Assembly (NCBI GenBank): GCA_963833125.1
Contig: CAWHWX010000003.1
Coordinates: 1 to 20,308, forward strand
Direction: 5' to 3'
DNA length: 20,308 bases
DNA from: Candidatus Bathyarchaeota archaeon
GTDB lineage: Archaea > Thermoproteota > Bathyarchaeia > 40CM-2-53-6
In this document: positions 17,085-20,308 of the stretch, piece after piece
How the letters are laid out: each line of letters begins with the position of its first letter
How positions within the stretch are numbered: the stretch's first letter is position 1
Notes under the pieces: generated by a model
Database searches by the model: none
Seen by the model: the letters and a program-made list of their open reading frames with translations, nothing else
What the model was told of the DNA's origin: nothing
Made by a program: the position numbers and the translations under genes

Positions 17085-19751
17085 TCAGCTTAGCTTAAGC
17101 TCTGCAAAAACGTTCTCCTGTTCTCTCCGGATGGAGCACCCAAGTTTTTCGCAGAGTCGGATCATCCTGAGATTCTCAGCCATTACTGTACCGTAGATCG
17201 ATTCAATTCCCTTCTCCTTTGCGAATTCAATTAGCATATCGACTAACTTGACACCGAGACCCTTTCCCTGATATTTGTCGGCAACCACGACAGCGAATTC
17301 TCCCCGTTTCTTATTGGGTTCGAGAATTAATCGGCTCACTCCGATCTCAAAAGTTCGGTTTCCTTCTCGGGTTTCGGCGATGATTGCCATCTCCCTGTCG
17401 TAGTCGATGTTGCAGAAACGGACGAGGGCCTCATGTGGGAGGTCCTTGATTATTTGGAAAAATCTGAATCGGCTCGTTTCCGTAGACAAGCCTCTTATGA
17501 ATTCTAACTCTATGGGTTCATCTTCCGGTTTTATTGGCCGTAGAGTAACTTCGGTCCCATCTTTCATCCTCCAGGGCATGACATATTTCGACGGGTAAGG
17601 AGTGATTACGAGATGCGGGTAGGGATCGGTATGGTCGAGAGCGCGGGGGTCAATAATCATCCTTGCGTCGAGAACGGAAAATTCACCCTTGGAGGCGATG
17701 AGAGGGTTGATGTCCATCTCAGCGATTTCAGGGAAGTCAACGATTAGATTGGAGAAGCGTACCATGATCTCTTCGAGGGGTCGTATGTCGACAGGTTTCT
17801 TGTTCCGCAGACCTTTCGTAAGTGCTTTGAATATATTTGTTTCTTCCATGATACGGTGTGCCAGAATCTGATTCAACGGCGCGAGTCCGATCGATACATC
17901 GTTAATGAGCTCCACTCCTGTCCCGCCCATTCCAAACAGAATCACCGATCCAAAATCCCTGTCTTTTTTCGCGCCCAAGATGAGTTCGTAGTCGATCTCA
18001 GATGCCATCTTTTGAACATAGATCCCGTCGATCTTGGCTTCGGGATACGCTTTGTGTGCTCTATCGATAATGGCCTTGTACGCATCCTTGACTGCTTGAG
18101 CTGACTCCAGGCCGATAACGACTCCACCAATGTCCGTTTTGTGAAGAATATCTTCAGACGAGATTTTCAACGCTACTGGGTAACCAATGTCTAACGCGAT
18201 CATTGCCGCTTGGTCTGCACTCTTACTTAACGCGCCCTTCGCTCTCGGGATCGCATAAGCATCGAGGAATCGGTCAACTTCAGATTGAGTGAGGGCTCTT
18301 CGCGTCTTCGCGGCCTTGCGAATCAATACCTTGAGATGGCTCTTGGGTGGAGAAAAATCCACGCGTAATTCTTGTGGAGTTTGGTAGAGCTGATCGAGGT
18401 TTCGTCGGTATTGGTACATGTACGTGTAGGTCTTTATCGCTTCTTCAGGCGTTGAGTAAGTGGGTATGTCGTTTCGGTGGAATATTTCACGGCTTTCCCT
18501 AACGCTGCTCTCGCCCATCCAGACAGTAAGCATTGGCTTCCGTCTGTCCGCGGCGATTTTCGTAACGGCTTCGGCAAGCTGCGTGGGTTGAGTCGTTCCC
18601 TGAGGAGTGTAGATTACAAGGAGCCCATCAACATTCGGGTCCGCAATGCATGTCTTCACTGCGAGTTCATACCGAGAGACATCAGCGTCCCCTAGTATGT
18701 CGAGTGGGTTTCCTCGGCTCCAGTATGAAGGAAGGGCTTCATTCAGTATTTTCATGGATTCGTCAGACAATCGCGCTAATTGTCCACCATGAGCAACAAT
18801 TGAATCAGCCGCTAAGACGGCGGGCCCTCCGGCGTTGGTGACAATGGCTAGATTCGGGCCCGCTGGCAGAAACCTTGAATCTAAAACAGTGGCGCAATTG
18901 AAGAGGTCTCCAATCTCGTCGACCATCACGACTCCGGCTCTCTTGAAGGCAGCCTCGTAGACTGCGAAGTCACCCGCCAGTGCCCCTGTGTGTGATGATG
19001 CCGCCTTTGCGCCTGCAGAGTTTCTTCCGCCTTGATCACGATAATGGGTTTTGTGCGTGCAAAGCCCCTAGCCGAACTCATGAACTTCTTAGCATTTCCG
19101 ACGCCTTCCATGTAGATGATGATGCTCCTAGTGTTTGGGTCCTCGCCAAGGTAATCGATCATATCCCCATAATCGATGTCTAGGGTCGATCCTAGCGAAG
19201 CAAAAATGCTGAAGCCTATGCCCGTGCTTACAGCCCAGTTGACTATCGCAGATCCCAATGCTCCGCTCTGTGAGATGAATGCAATTTGGCCAGGTTGCGG
19301 GTTGCTCGGAGGAATGTGGCATTCAGGGCTACCTGTGGCCTCGCCACCCCCACACAGTTTGGTCCTAGAATCCAATGTCGTGCATCGATTGAATTTGCTT
19401 AATCTCGCTCTCTAGTTGGCGCCCTCAGCTCCGATCTCTCGGAAGCCGGCCGAAATGATGACGGTGCCGTCGACGCCAGCTTTCGCGCACTCCGCTACTA
19501 TGGACGGTACGGTCCTTGCCGGCGTAGCGATTACAGCCAGATCGACGTGTTCTGGTATCTTGGATATCGATGGGTAACACTTCAATCCCAAGACGGTATC
19601 CTTGTTTATGTTCACTGGGTAAATTTTTTTCCGGCGATCTTTCCCCAATAGTAGGTTTCTCATCAGAGATTGACCGATCGAACCCTCGCTTCTAAGAAGC
19701 CCCGATTACAGCAACGACTTTGGGGTTCAGCATTTTCTCGATACTAGCCAT
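17085..19751 (-). CDS. Fused ADP-forming acetate-CoA ligase (alpha+beta) / GNAT acetyltransferase (Pat/Pka-like), about 890 aa, five frameshifts near 19694, 19416, 19374, 19305 and 19027
   Basis: Repaired reading: MASIEKMLNPKVVAVIGAS..EGSIG...IYPVN...DLAVIATPA...IISAGFREIG...ILGPNCVG...ISQSGALG...IYMEG...KAGR...SHTGALAG...TNAGGP...NPLDILGDA; ATP-grasp YPVALK...HKTDIGGV...FGSVILFGMGG...EMDINPL; GNAT LRPIKPED...EFAVVVADKYQGKGLG. Confidence 0.88.
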
Positions 19752-19782
19752 TGCAACTCGTCTGATTCTGAGCTCACGGCTA

Positions 19783-19870
19783 GTGATAAACGGGTTATCC
19801 TAACGCTCCGTGATTATTAGTATTTTGAATTGGGGGACGTTTTAAAACTAAAACTTTCACCATAAAACGT
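19783..19870 (-). promoter_or_regulatory. AT-rich upstream region of the ligase/GNAT gene with TATA-like element and inverted repeats
   Basis: Minus-strand TTTATCAC (19783-19790) lies 32-39 nt upstream of the ATG. Also GATAA-N5-TTATC (19785-19799) and ACGTTTTA-N18-TAAAACGT (19837-19870). Confidence 0.35.
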
Positions 19871-20308
19871 TATCTGTGCCTTCTCTGACATTTGGTTAGC
19901 GCATCAAAAATGCCAGAAACGACTCCGAAGGTCAGCGTCGCTCCAAAGGTCATCTGGAAGAAAGGCCGTGCCTCGAACAGCGCTGGCGGAGCGGCTTGCC
20001 TTCCACTCCGGAAGCGACAAACCGAGTGAGCCGATACGCTTGTGGAATCGTTAGGAACGCTAAGAGGGTCGACAGAGGCGCAGAGTTAGTCGCAACAAGC
20101 CCTGCTAAGATGATATACGCTCCAGCGATCATCGCGCAAAAGACCAAACGGGAGAAAACCCTACCTCGCTCGATGCCCCACGACCTACTTGACAGTACTG
20201 CCCAAGTGATCCGATTTCGCTCCTTGTCTTGTACAATGTCTCGCAGGTTGTTAGCGTGTAGGATGGCCGTTACTAGGAGCCCTACGGGGAGGGAGACAAG
20301 CAGGGGGG
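19870..20308 (-). CDS. menA: UbiA-superfamily prenyltransferase, MenA-like (DHNA polyprenyltransferase); only the 3' part is present, frameshifted near 20216, 19985 and 19957
   Basis: From the right edge: LLVSLPVGLLVTAILHANNLRDIVQDKEA..ITWAV (NNxRDxxxD...TxAV motif), then TM helices LLAFLTIP and GTAFL-QMTFG. The stop is uncertain (19870 or 19896). Confidence 0.72.

Noticed and set aside
107-19415. Many short antisense or alternate-frame ORFs in the track (for example 942-1391, 2535-2945, 12055-12447, 13020-13514)
   Set aside because: They overlap well-supported genes and show no recognisable motifs.
19692-19694. In-frame TAG after IGAS (and another at 19412-19414) as possible pyrrolysine or readthrough sites
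   Set aside because: Homology continues only in a different frame, so these are indels and not recoded stops.
1-20308. CRISPR arrays, transposases, integrases, rRNA, defence systems
   Set aside because: I saw no regularly spaced repeats or matching ORFs; nearly all of the sequence is accounted for by metabolic genes.

Overview
Archaeal DNA. The evidence is a tRNA-Val(CAC) with a 15-nt bulge-helix-bulge intron, TATA-like promoters and frequent TTG starts; a TACK/Bathyarchaeia-like origin is my inference only. The window is a dense catabolic region. Left part: an F420-type luciferase-like (LLM) oxidoreductase, a minus-strand SDR / PLP aldolase-like / cyclase cluster, an APC permease, a TIM-barrel sugar isomerase and a second LLM. 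Centre: a plus-strand run of VOC enzyme, class II aldolase, an autoinducer-2 kinase (LsrK) homologue hidden by two indels, and acetoin/2-oxoacid dehydrogenase E1a, E1b and E2, facing a tandem pair of Zn-dependent dehydrogenases. Right part: tRNA-Val, a small membrane protein, a fused acetate-CoA ligase/GNAT gene and the 3' end of a MenA-like prenyltransferase. The main candidate for a new system is an archaeal LsrK-initiated AI-2 (DPD) or deoxypentulose catabolic pathway with no lsrF, lsrG or lsrR in the window. About 13 single-base indels break six genes and look like sequencing errors, so several ORFs in the supplied track are fragments. All homology calls are from motif recognition and memory, not database searches.
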